Positions 30,442 through 39,893 of a stretch of 64,000 nucleotides of DNA are shown here, in pieces; the stretch's first letter is position 1, and every line of letters begins with the position of its first letter. The notes under the pieces were generated by a model that saw only the letters and a program-made list of their open reading frames with translations, made no database searches and had not been told where the DNA came from. A program made the position numbers and the translations under genes. This stretch comes from Candidatus Brocadiia bacterium (GTDB taxonomy: Bacteria; Planctomycetota; Brocadiia; SM23-32). The stretch is taken from assembly GCA_046538485.1 (NCBI GenBank), contig JBKHIT010000017.1:1-64000 (forward strand). The letters run 5' to 3'.

Positions 30442-30628
30442 TCCTGGCCCGGATTTTACGGATAATTGGAAGCCAACCTTGCTAAATTAGGGTAGAATCT
30501 TTATCGAAGACCGTTCACAACACTTCTTGTCGTTGTAAATTCTTACGCCTGAACAGCATGCGCCGTTTTATATAGCCTGCATCCGTAAGGTGCAGACTGC
30601 CTAAGTCCTTGTTTTTAAACTGTTTACG

Positions 30629-31693
30629 ATGACTTCTAAACACGACAAGTCCGTTGCCGTAGCAATGTCGGGAGGGGTCGACTCTTCGGTCACCGCCGCT
30701 CTACTCACCAGAGAAGGGTGGGATGTCCATGGGGTCACCATGATCCTCCCGCGCTACGGCACCTCAGAAGGAAAGCCTCGAAGAGCCACTGAGGATGCCC
30801 GGGAGGTGGCAGAAATCCTCGATATCCCGCTGGAGATTTACGATTGCCGATGCTGGTTTGAAGAAACTGTTCTGGAACACTTCGTGCAGGAATACGCCAG
30901 CGGTCGCACCCCCAATCCCTGTGTGCATTGCAACCGCCAGGTCAAGTTTGGTTTTCTGATGGACAAAATAAAGGCCCTCGGCTGCGATCACCTCGCCACG
31001 GGGCACTACGCCCGCGTATCGCAGGACCCGGAAACCGGTCGCTACCACCTGCGGGCAGGAGCAGGAGCCGAAGATCAATCCTATTTTCTCTTCGGGCTTT
31101 CTCAGAAACAGCTTGCCGATGCCGTCTTTCCGCTTGGAGAAAAGGACAAGACCGAAGTGAGGGCTCTGGCCACAGAATTTGATCTGCCGATCCATGACAA
31201 ACCCCAAAGTCAGGATCTGTGTTTCCTCCCTCACGGGGGATACCGCGAGCTGCTGCGAAAACGGTGTCCTGAACTGGCCGATCCGGGTCCGATAATCCAT
31301 GTCTCCGGTGAGCTTCTCGGCAAACACCATGGCATCATCGATTTTACCATTGGGCAAAGACGGGGTATAGGCATTTCTTGGTCCGAACCGCTTTATGTGG
31401 TGAGGATCGAACCGAATTGCAATCGCATCGTCGTGGGTGAAAAACACCACATTATGAAAAACAATTGCCGTTTGACGAATCTGAATTGGGTTTCCCGGAT
31501 TTGTTCCGAAACCCCATTCCGAGCATCGGTACGGATCCGGTATCGCCATCCGGGCGCCCTGGCAACCGTTGCGCCTCAACCAAATGACTCGGCAGAAATC
31601 AGTTTCGACGAAGATCAGAAAGCGCCCGCCCCGGGCCAGGCGGCCGTCTTCTACGACGGCCCCACTGTTCTCGGTGGAGGAATTATCGAGTAA
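30629..31693 (+). CDS. mnmA: tRNA 2-thiouridine(34) synthase
   Basis: AMSGGVDSS, TPNPCVHCN, ATGHYA, DQSYFL, SQDLCF, TIGQRRG, PGQAAVFY. Confidence 0.96.
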   Translation: MTSKHDKSVAVAMSGGVDSSVTAALLTREGWDVHGVTMILPRYGTSEGKPRRATEDAREVAEILDIPLEIYDCRCWFEETVLEHFVQEYASGRTPNPCVHCNRQVKFGFLMDKIKALGCDHLATGHYARVSQDPETGRYHLRAGAGAEDQSYFLFGLSQKQLADAVFPLGEKDKTEVRALATEFDLPIHDKPQSQDLCFLPHGGYRELLRKRCPELADPGPIIHVSGELLGKHHGIIDFTIGQRRGIGISWSEPLYVVRIEPNCNRIVVGEKHHIMKNNCRLTNLNWVSRICSETPFRASVRIRYRHPGALATVAPQPNDSAEISFDEDQKAPAPGQAAVFYDGPTVLGGGIIE

Positions 31694-31712
31694 AACACGG
31701 GAGGAGTTTTAG

Positions 31713-32699
31713 ATGAAAGCAATCGCCCTGTTCTCCGGCGGACTCGATAGCCAGCTGGCCGCGAAGTTGATCGCGGAGCAGGAAATCGACGTCCACGCTC
31801 TTCATTTTACCTCTGCTTTTATCCCCCGTCACGGCTCCGAGTCCGAATCTTCGGTGGCGCGAGAGGCGGCGGACAACCTGGGCTTTCCGCTGACTGTTGA
31901 AGATATCACTTCCGAGCTGACTGAACTCGTGAAAAATCCCCCACACGGCCGGGGAAGCGGATACAATCCTTGTATCGACTGCCGAATTTTGCAATTGCGG
32001 CGCGCCCGAAAATTAATGAAAGAAAACAACGCGAAGTTTGTCGTGACCGGAGAGGTGCTCGGCCAGCGCCCTATGTCACAAAGACGCGGAGCCATCAGCA
32101 CCATCGAACGGGAAGCCGACCTGGAAGGCCTGGTCGTGCGTCCTCTCTGCGCAAAATCCCTCGAGCCCTCCCTCCCCGAGGAGAAAGGCTGGGTGGACCG
32201 CTCCAGACTCAAAAATTTCACCGGTCGGCAAAGAACACCACAGATTCAGCTGGCCGAAGAGCTCGGTGTCAAAGATTACCCCGATCCCGCCGGAGGATGC
32301 CGTCTGACAGAACCGGGTTACAGCCGCCGTATCCGGGATCTGCTCGAACATGATGATCTGAATGAGAAGAACCTTGACCTCCTTGAAGTTGGACGCCATT
32401 TCCGCCTTGCGCCGGGGACAAAACTTGTCGTCGGGCGGAACCACGAAGAAAACCTCCGTATCGAAGAACTGGCATTGGACAGCGATTGCCTGTTTGAAGC
32501 GCGAGATTATCCCGGACCGACATCTCTATTGAGAGGCGGCGCCGACGAACAGCTTCTCGAAATCTCTGCCAGTATTACCGCCCGGTACGGAAAAGGGAGA
32601 AATGAGCCGGGAATCGTGGTTAATTTGCTGGGAAACGAAACCGGCGAACTGATCGTCGAACCCATGGATGATGAGCGACTGACCAAATGGCGTATTTGA
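31713..32699 (+). CDS. ThiI/MnmA-like PP-loop sulfurtransferase with C-terminal DUF814/NFACT-R-like domain
   Basis: LFSGGLDS, NPCIDC, TGEVLGQRPMSQ, PAGGC.LT, GRHFRL, VVGRNHEEN. Confidence 0.8.
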   Translation: MKAIALFSGGLDSQLAAKLIAEQEIDVHALHFTSAFIPRHGSESESSVAREAADNLGFPLTVEDITSELTELVKNPPHGRGSGYNPCIDCRILQLRRARKLMKENNAKFVVTGEVLGQRPMSQRRGAISTIEREADLEGLVVRPLCAKSLEPSLPEEKGWVDRSRLKNFTGRQRTPQIQLAEELGVKDYPDPAGGCRLTEPGYSRRIRDLLEHDDLNEKNLDLLEVGRHFRLAPGTKLVVGRNHEENLRIEELALDSDCLFEARDYPGPTSLLRGGADEQLLEISASITARYGKGRNEPGIVVNLLGNETGELIVEPMDDERLTKWRI

Positions 32700-32755
32700 T
32701 TCCTGCACTTCCGTTCATCAAAACCTGGGCCCCCACCTCAACAACTTAATCTTCT

Positions 32756-33319
32756 TTATCTACGGGATACGCCAGCCGACGGATGTACGCCGAGATAAGA
32801 AAGAAGTTTATCCTCCAGTCCATCGATAATATTTTTAATCCGGGGGATGCAGTCGCGATGCACTTGTGTTTCCGCTTCAATCTCAGCCGGAGGGTAACGG
32901 ATGGCTGCCTCGTATTGAAAGACTCGCTTCCAGAGTGCGTCCAGATGTCCGTCAAGCTCGGCCTTCCGGTAATCTTTCATCAAGTTAAAATCTGCCGCCT
33001 CCGCTGTCGTAATGCGCCCCAGGGAGATAAGACTCGGGATATAACGCAAACACAATCCCCCACCAAAGGCCACGACGAACATGAAGGCCGGCAACAAAAA
33101 TACGAGGGCGCGGTTCAACCCGGGCAGGCCAATTCTTGGCAGCTGATGGCCTAGGCCGGTCGCGATTGACATGATCAGCGTGTATTTCAAACTCCCCCTG
33201 TACATCAGTGTCCCCACGCGGTTAAGCGCATCTCTGAACTGAGTGAGATGATAAAAGCGTCGGGCTTCTTTCACGAACCGCGATAAATTCCATCCGCTGC
33301 TTTTTCTGCCGCGTTTCAT
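32756..33319 (-). CDS. Hypothetical membrane protein, possibly C-terminally truncated
   Basis: Protein-like composition with 1-2 TMs; ends abruptly. Confidence 0.45.
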   Translation of the reverse strand: MKRGRKSSGWNLSRFVKEARRFYHLTQFRDALNRVGTLMYRGSLKYTLIMSIATGLGHQLPRIGLPGLNRALVFLLPAFMFVVAFGGGLCLRYIPSLISLGRITTAEAADFNLMKDYRKAELDGHLDALWKRVFQYEAAIRYPPAEIEAETQVHRDCIPRIKNIIDGLEDKLLSYLGVHPSAGVSRR

Positions 33320-33476
33320 ACTGCACCCACCATGTTTCCAGAAAACGTTCATCCGAATCTTAGAAAGCCGCCAGCCCAGCGTCAACTCCCATCGCTAACA
33401 CCATCGCGAGCCGCAGAACGTTGACAGTAAGAATCCCCCTGTTGCTGGCCTCACAGGCTTGAATTGGAGTGCCTCA

Positions 33477-34610
33477 CTAAGCACTTAGAACGGCAAGCAG
33501 GCAGTCGCGGAGCCATTTCTGAGTCTCCGGGCTCAAGTTGCGGCCAAAACGGATCGTTGTCTCGTCGCTGATTACGTGTACCGAAAGTGCTTGCGACTGA
33601 GATGATGCCCCCCTGCTGTTTTTTTGGGCCAGGATCTCCTCGATAGCATCCGCCGGGATACGGCTGTGACCGAAATCTCCCCAGCGTGTCGTGTACCAGT
33701 TCTCGACACCTTCAGGGGAAACCGTTACCACCTGAGAAATGACTTTTCCGGCAATGGCAAGCAGGAGTCCCAACAAACTGAGCGCTGCAACAAAAAATGA
33801 GATCAAGACGGCGTGTCCTTCCAGGTGTAAATAGCCCTTCAGGACGGAGATGGCCACACCGATACCCCCAAGAAATCCCACGGTAGCCAAAACCACGCAA
33901 CCGATGGGCACAGTTTGTGCTGGCACAAAGAAGCTCAATTTATCCCCCTCTGTTTTCACTCTCAGACGGGCATCAGGAGGAGGCTGGGTCGGATCAAAAT
34001 CGACTTCCAGATGCCCTTCTGCTACACGTTCGCGCACCGATTTGTCGAGGTCTTCCACCGCACGTTCGGTCACACCTTGTTCATCTTCAACCAGCGCTGG
34101 TAAACCGAACAGTCTCGCATAGCGTTCGTGCTGGGAACGGAATTTTTCGTGGCTTCGGGAACAATAAAGCTGCACCGACCGGTCTTCATCGTCTTCGTGG
34201 CTCAGAGTAAGCTTATAAAGCGTGTAGCCCGAACTGTGCTGTCCGCCGCTGTGGTACTCCGATTCCCTGAGCACCCCCCTGTAGCGGTCCAGGGATTCCT
34301 CCCATTTTTCTGTCCCGAAGGGACTCCTGTAATATCTCCTGACCGAGTCCGCATTGAATTGCCAGTAACCGCTTGAGAATGCATTGGCGATCCCTTTTAC
34401 GATGGCCACAAGCCCGATGCTGAGGAACAGGCCAACAACAAGAAACGCAAACCACGGAGCGCCCTCGGTAAGAGCTTTATACATCATGAAACCCGGGATA
34501 GAGCTCCAGAGCACGCCAAATAACACCAGTCCCCACCAGACAGAGGTGTCTTCTTCTGCCCTCAAAGGGATCTCTGCCCCGGGAGATATGAGGTCTTTCT
34601 GCGGATTCAC
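33477..34610 (-). CDS. Hypothetical membrane protein with two (2TM + soluble domain) modules
   Basis: GTG start with RBS ggaggg; two TM pairs, each followed by a beta-rich segment. Confidence 0.65.
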   Translation of the reverse strand: MNPQKDLISPGAEIPLRAEEDTSVWWGLVLFGVLWSSIPGFMMYKALTEGAPWFAFLVVGLFLSIGLVAIVKGIANAFSSGYWQFNADSVRRYYRSPFGTEKWEESLDRYRGVLRESEYHSGGQHSSGYTLYKLTLSHEDDEDRSVQLYCSRSHEKFRSQHERYARLFGLPALVEDEQGVTERAVEDLDKSVRERVAEGHLEVDFDPTQPPPDARLRVKTEGDKLSFFVPAQTVPIGCVVLATVGFLGGIGVAISVLKGYLHLEGHAVLISFFVAALSLLGLLLAIAGKVISQVVTVSPEGVENWYTTRWGDFGHSRIPADAIEEILAQKNSRGASSQSQALSVHVISDETTIRFGRNLSPETQKWLRDCLLAVLSA

Positions 34611-34667
34611 AAGCCCTCCGGCCGATCAATTCAATTAAGGAGTTCATCATTACATAATGCCCCACCG

Positions 34668-36479
34668 TCATCCCAGGAGGCGGAGGATATCATTACGCAC
34701 AGCGTAAACGACCAACATCAATAGCAACGTCAGGCCCACAATCTGGCTGACTGTGCGGACTTTTTCGCTGACGGGTTTTCCTCGTATCTTCTCGATAGCA
34801 AGAAAAAGCAGGTGCCCGCCATCGAGCACCGGTATCGGCAGAATATTAAGAAACGCAAGCGCCGCACTGATGAGAGCCGTAATATACAGCAGTTTCCCGA
34901 GACCTTCCTGCGCCGCCAGATAGGATCCATGAGCTATAGCAACCACGCTGCCCAGTTTGCGGGTGCTGATGTCCCGGCTGGCAAAACCACGAATGGTTCG
35001 AAAGATATCCACAATGGTAGCGTAACTTTTATACACGCCGGTTTGGACTGCTTTGAAGGCCCCATGTTTTCGAACAACCTGTTTTGGCTCCCGAAAAATC
35101 ACACCCAACAACCTTGTCTGCTCAAGGTGGGAAGGGGCCGGTTCAACCTCCGCAGAGTGTATTTCACCGTCATGCTCCCACACGATTTTCCTTGGATCTT
35201 TCCCGGCGCGACTGTTGGCGCGCAGAATATCCTGCCAGCTTTCAGTTTTTACGCGCCCTATCTTCACGATTTTATCACCCGGCCGCATACCCGCCTCCCA
35301 TGCAGGCCCCCCCTCTCTCAGCCATGTGAGACGGCCGGCATCTTGGAATTTAATGCTGAATTTAAAATCCTCAAAGCGACGTTTATCAGGGATATCGACT
35401 TCGACTATCTGCTGAGCCTCACCTCGCTGCACCAACAGCTTCTGCGTCCCAAAAGATTCTTGTACAGCCCTCTCCAGGTCCAGAAAGTTCTCGATCTTTT
35501 TAGCGTTGACTTCTACAATTCGGTCTTTAGGCCGCAAACCCGCCAATTCGGCCATACCATCTCCTTGTAGCGATTTTATTCCGGCCGATATATATGAGAT
35601 CCCCAGCACATAACGTGAAGACGGTTCAAGGTTTACCTCCAATTCCAACGGCTCTTCTCTCCCTTTTCTTATCACTCTAACCGGGAGGGTTTCCTTGGTG
35701 CAAAAATCTATCTCGTCCCGCATTTCACTTACTGTTTCAACGTGAATGCCGTTCACAGACACAATTTTATCCATCAGCTCGACGCCCGCTTCCCTGGCCG
35801 GACAGCGCTTGTTTTCTCCTTGCCCCACTTCCACCAAACCATTGACAACCGTTTTTATGGGTGGACCTATTCCTATCCGCCGGATACCCACCAGGTCATC
35901 GTATTCAGTGGCAAAATTGTATTGGTACAACTCCCCGTCACGCCTCACGTCCATCTCAATTTCCCGCACACTTTTTATTGCCACTTCGTGCTGCACGTCT
36001 TTGAAATCCGGGGCCTCAATGGAATTGATACGCTCGACTTTATCCCCCCGACGAAGACCGGCCTTCCACGCCGGCATATCTTTCTGAAGCTGACCGACTT
36101 CTGCCACCGGGAAGGGCACCCCGATCGAAAAGGCCGCCACGTAACCTACCACCGCAAGAACCATATTCATGAAAACGCCAGCCACAAAGACGATCGCACG
36201 CTGACCGGGCGTTTTGGAGCAAAACTCGCCTGGATCACCTGAGCTTTCACTGGCTATTTCTCCCGCCAGTTTCACGTAACCACCGAGTGGTATCAGCGAT
36301 ATCCGGTATTCAGTTTCGCCTTTCTGAAAACCGACGAGTTTCCGCCAGAAACCGATAGAGAACACTTCCACACGAACTCCGACGGCTTTTGCCGCGATAA
36401 AATGACCGAACTCATGAACAAGAATTAGTATTCCAACGGCAATCGCAGCTTCAACGATACTCAAAGCTGAGCGCAACAT
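34668..36479 (-). CDS. rseP: RIP metalloprotease RseP with about four PDZ domains
   Basis: HEFGH, PLGGYVK, NILPIPVLDGGH; four 'A..AG...D.I' PDZ motifs. Confidence 0.93.
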   Translation of the reverse strand: MLRSALSIVEAAIAVGILILVHEFGHFIAAKAVGVRVEVFSIGFWRKLVGFQKGETEYRISLIPLGGYVKLAGEIASESSGDPGEFCSKTPGQRAIVFVAGVFMNMVLAVVGYVAAFSIGVPFPVAEVGQLQKDMPAWKAGLRRGDKVERINSIEAPDFKDVQHEVAIKSVREIEMDVRRDGELYQYNFATEYDDLVGIRRIGIGPPIKTVVNGLVEVGQGENKRCPAREAGVELMDKIVSVNGIHVETVSEMRDEIDFCTKETLPVRVIRKGREEPLELEVNLEPSSRYVLGISYISAGIKSLQGDGMAELAGLRPKDRIVEVNAKKIENFLDLERAVQESFGTQKLLVQRGEAQQIVEVDIPDKRRFEDFKFSIKFQDAGRLTWLREGGPAWEAGMRPGDKIVKIGRVKTESWQDILRANSRAGKDPRKIVWEHDGEIHSAEVEPAPSHLEQTRLLGVIFREPKQVVRKHGAFKAVQTGVYKSYATIVDIFRTIRGFASRDISTRKLGSVVAIAHGSYLAAQEGLGKLLYITALISAALAFLNILPIPVLDGGHLLFLAIEKIRGKPVSEKVRTVSQIVGLTLLLMLVVYAVRNDILRLLG

Positions 36480-37630
36480 CGACGTGCCTCCTCTCGCGCC
36501 CAACGATCCGCCGCTTCGAGGTCGGCGAGGTCAGGCTTCTGTACCAGATCATGTTCATCAAGCACTTTTCTGGCAACTCCGGTAATATCCGTAAAAGCAA
36601 TTTGTTCTCTCAAGAATTGTTCGACCGCCACTTCGTTAGCGGCGTTCAGCACAGCCCCGCTGGTCCCACCCCGTCGTGCCACCCGATATCCGATTTCCAA
36701 CGCCGGAAATGTCTCATAGTCCGGTTCCTCAAGGTCCAAATTCCCAACTTTTGTCAGATCAAGTCTTTCTACCGGTCCAGGGATTCGGTCAGGATACGTC
36801 AGCGCGTACTGTATCGGCAATTTCATATCAGGGACACCGAGCTGGGCCAGAACCGACCCATCTACAAACTCGACAAGCGAGTGAATAATAGACTGTGGGT
36901 GAACCAGAACGTCGATTTGATCGACTTCGAGATCGAACAGCCAGCGGGTTTCTATAACTTCCAGGGCCTTGTTCATCATTGTAGCACTATCGATCGTGAT
37001 TTTCCTCCCCATATCCCAGGTAGGATGATTAAGGGCTTCGGTCGGCGTCACATCCCGGAGCTGGTTCTTATCCCTCCCGCGGAATGGACCGCCGCTTCCG
37101 GTCAGGATCACCCGCCGGACCTCCGCACGCTTACCACTTGCCATCGCCTGGAAAATCGCGCTTTGCTCGCTGTCAACCGGAAGTATTGAAGTAGCGTTTT
37201 GTCGGGCGAGCCTGTTCACTAAAGGTCCACCAACCACAAGCGTTTCTTTATTCGCCAGAGCGAGAGTAAGACCCAGTTCAAGGGTACGAACTGACGGACC
37301 GAAGCCCGCCCAACCGGTGATAGCCCCCACTATGATGTCCGCCTCCACATTCTCCAGCATCTTGCATATTCCGTCAGGTCCGAAATACAGCTCAACATTC
37401 TCCTCGCCCACGGCCTCGGAAAAATCGCTTTTGTGCTGGAGATCGGCAATAGCCGCGCTAAACGGGTTGAATTCCCGCACCTGCTCGGCAAGTTCTTTCC
37501 AACGCGAACACGCGCTCAAACCAACGACCTCGATTCTGCCGGAAAGCCCCCTCACAACATCCAAGGTGCTGTTTCCAATCGAGCCAGTGCTGCCGAGTAC
37601 TATTACTTTTCTGGCTATCTCTTCAACCAC
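36461..37630 (-). CDS. dxr: 1-deoxy-D-xylulose-5-phosphate reductoisomerase
   Basis: LGSTGSIG, LANKETLV, PVDSE, HPTWDMGRKITIDSATMMNK. Confidence 0.97.
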   Translation of the reverse strand: MVEEIARKVIVLGSTGSIGNSTLDVVRGLSGRIEVVGLSACSRWKELAEQVREFNPFSAAIADLQHKSDFSEAVGEENVELYFGPDGICKMLENVEADIIVGAITGWAGFGPSVRTLELGLTLALANKETLVVGGPLVNRLARQNATSILPVDSEQSAIFQAMASGKRAEVRRVILTGSGGPFRGRDKNQLRDVTPTEALNHPTWDMGRKITIDSATMMNKALEVIETRWLFDLEVDQIDVLVHPQSIIHSLVEFVDGSVLAQLGVPDMKLPIQYALTYPDRIPGPVERLDLTKVGNLDLEEPDYETFPALEIGYRVARRGGTSGAVLNAANEVAVEQFLREQIAFTDITGVARKVLDEHDLVQKPDLADLEAADRWAREEARRCCAQL

Positions 37631-37636
37631 GGAAAA

Positions 37637-38701
37637 TCACTCCAACTTTTCTATCTGTTCCAGCAAAGCATCTGCCAACTCAGAACTTGGACGTTTATCA
37701 ATTTTCTTTCCGTTGCGAAAAATAAAACCAAAATCTTTTCCCCCGGCCACACCGACGTCACATTCTGCTGCTTCGCCGGGACCGTTGACGACACACCCCA
37801 TTACAGCCACCCGCAGGGAACGATCGCAATCTTTTAACCTCTCGCGCACTTCCTCGACCAGTTCGCATAGATCAATTTCGCAACGCCCACATGTCGGACA
37901 CGAAACAATTTCTGGGCCACTGGGCTCTCTCAGCCCCGCCACCTCCAGAATTTTACGGCCGGCCCGGATTTCATCGTGCGGCGGACCTGTCATTGAAACT
38001 CGAATGGTATCACCGATCCCCTCGAGAAGCAGAGCACCAATTCCCATAGCGCTTTTCACGAGGCTTATATCCTGCGGGCCGGCGGCCGTCACACCGACAT
38101 GAAACGGATAATCGCAGCGATCAGCCGCGAGCCGGTAAGCCTTCACCGTGTTCACCACATCACTGGCCTTAAGGCTTACGACAAGACTCTCGCATCCCTC
38201 CGCTTCTGCAGCCTGACAGCCTTCGAGCGCTTCTCGAACCATCAATTCGGGCATTTCTTCGCCCGTCTCGGAAACCTCCAGACCGTCCCGGGGCCGTGCC
38301 GAACCGGAATTCACGCCGACTCGCACCTTGATTCGCTCTTCCCCGGCACGTCGAAAGACTTCCCGCAACCCGGCGGTATCCTCCATATTTCCCGGATTGA
38401 CTCGAATCCCATCCGCTCCCGCGCCAATAGACCTCAACGCAAGATCCGGCTCAAAGTGAATGTCGGCAATTAGAGGTAAAGCAGAACGTTCCACAACCTT
38501 TTCAAGCGCCGCGGCAGCCCGACGGTTAGGGACTGCACAGCGAATAATTTCGCACCCGATTTCCGCCAGCTCCTCAATCTGCTGAACGGTCGCATCAACA
38601 TCCTCCGTGTGGGTCTTTGTCATCGACTGGATACTGACCGGCGCGCCACCGCCGATGGTAACGGGGCCGACTTCGACAGCTCGTGTTTTTCTCCGTTTCA
38701 T
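37637..38701 (-). CDS. ispG: (E)-4-hydroxy-3-methylbut-2-enyl-diphosphate synthase
   Basis: IQSMT, ADIHF, RVNPGN, GIGDTIRVS, SCPTCGR, VMGCVVNGPGEA. Confidence 0.97.
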   Translation of the reverse strand: MKRRKTRAVEVGPVTIGGGAPVSIQSMTKTHTEDVDATVQQIEELAEIGCEIIRCAVPNRRAAAALEKVVERSALPLIADIHFEPDLALRSIGAGADGIRVNPGNMEDTAGLREVFRRAGEERIKVRVGVNSGSARPRDGLEVSETGEEMPELMVREALEGCQAAEAEGCESLVVSLKASDVVNTVKAYRLAADRCDYPFHVGVTAAGPQDISLVKSAMGIGALLLEGIGDTIRVSMTGPPHDEIRAGRKILEVAGLREPSGPEIVSCPTCGRCEIDLCELVEEVRERLKDCDRSLRVAVMGCVVNGPGEAAECDVGVAGGKDFGFIFRNGKKIDKRPSSELADALLEQIEKLE

Positions 38702-38995
38702 GCGAGACGCTCGAAGAATATAATTGAAAACGATCCACCGAGAACCACGAGGTTTTAACGTTAAGCGGTGGAAAGCGGATGGACTCTTGAATTATAGACT
38801 TATTCGCTCCTTTTATCAAAAGGCACCATGTAATACCCCGTCCTGGAAAAACTTACATTGTTCAGGCTGGATTAGAATCACCGATGACGGATTTTGCTCT
38901 TTTTTCAGCAAGCGGCAAGTGATATAATTCAGCAGAGGTACCGATGGTCTTTGCCATATCATAATCTACGTTTTTTGACAGAAGAGGAGGCATAC

Positions 38996-39835
38996 ATGTT
39001 CAGTAGAATAGGCCAGACATTCGACCTGATGAAAATGTCGTGGCAGGTGCTGAAAAAAGACAAAGAAATGCTGTTTTTTCCTCTGCTGTCAGCTATCTCC
39101 TGTCTTATCGTCCTCGCCTCATTCTTTGTTCCGCTGAACGCCACCGGGAACCTCGCTCCTCCGGGCGAAGGAGCGTCTTCAGTTCAAGAGATTATTTATT
39201 GGGCAATTGTGTTTCTTTTCTATTTCTGCAACTATTTCGTCATTATTTTCTTTAATTCCGGACTGATCGCCTGCGCTATCATCCGGTTCCGCGGGGGCAA
39301 CCCAACGGTTATGGACGGAATCCGGGCTTCTCTGGCGCGTCTCCATTGCATCATCGGCTGGGCATTGCTGGCTGCTACTGTCGGGCTTGTGCTCAGAATG
39401 CTGGAAAGTCGATTTGAAAAAGCTGGTCGAATTATCTCCAGCATACTGGGAACTGCCTGGACTATCATGACATATCTCGCGGTCCCTGTTCTCGTTATCG
39501 AAAAGACAGGGCCCATTGAGACGTTCAAACGTTCTACCGGCCTGCTGAAAGATACCTGGGGGAGTCAGCTGGTGGGAGAATTTGGTTTTGGACTACTTTT
39601 CTTCATGCTTTCCCTCCCGGCAGCTGTCTTTGTCTTTCTGGGATTCCTCGGCGGCACAGCCCTGACGCTATCCGCCGGTATCGCGGTCGCTGTTCTCTAT
39701 ATGATTATAATTGGGCTTGTACAATCGGCACTGCAGGGCATCTTCCAGGCGGCACTTTATCTCTACGCTGCCGACCAGGAAGCTCCGGAGGGATTCGATA
39801 CTTCTTCGTTGAGTAATGCAATCCATGAACGCTAA
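38996..39835 (+). CDS. Membrane protein (DUF6159-like)
   Basis: SWQVLKKDKEMLFFP, WALLAATVG, KRSTGLLKDTWG; RBS gaggagg. Confidence 0.7.
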   Translation: MFSRIGQTFDLMKMSWQVLKKDKEMLFFPLLSAISCLIVLASFFVPLNATGNLAPPGEGASSVQEIIYWAIVFLFYFCNYFVIIFFNSGLIACAIIRFRGGNPTVMDGIRASLARLHCIIGWALLAATVGLVLRMLESRFEKAGRIISSILGTAWTIMTYLAVPVLVIEKTGPIETFKRSTGLLKDTWGSQLVGEFGFGLLFFMLSLPAAVFVFLGFLGGTALTLSAGIAVAVLYMIIIGLVQSALQGIFQAALYLYAADQEAPEGFDTSSLSNAIHER

Positions 39836-39893
39836 CCGGGGGCAGTATTTGCCCGAATTTCTCGTGTTCCAGCGCCGATACCTGTAAACCTTC

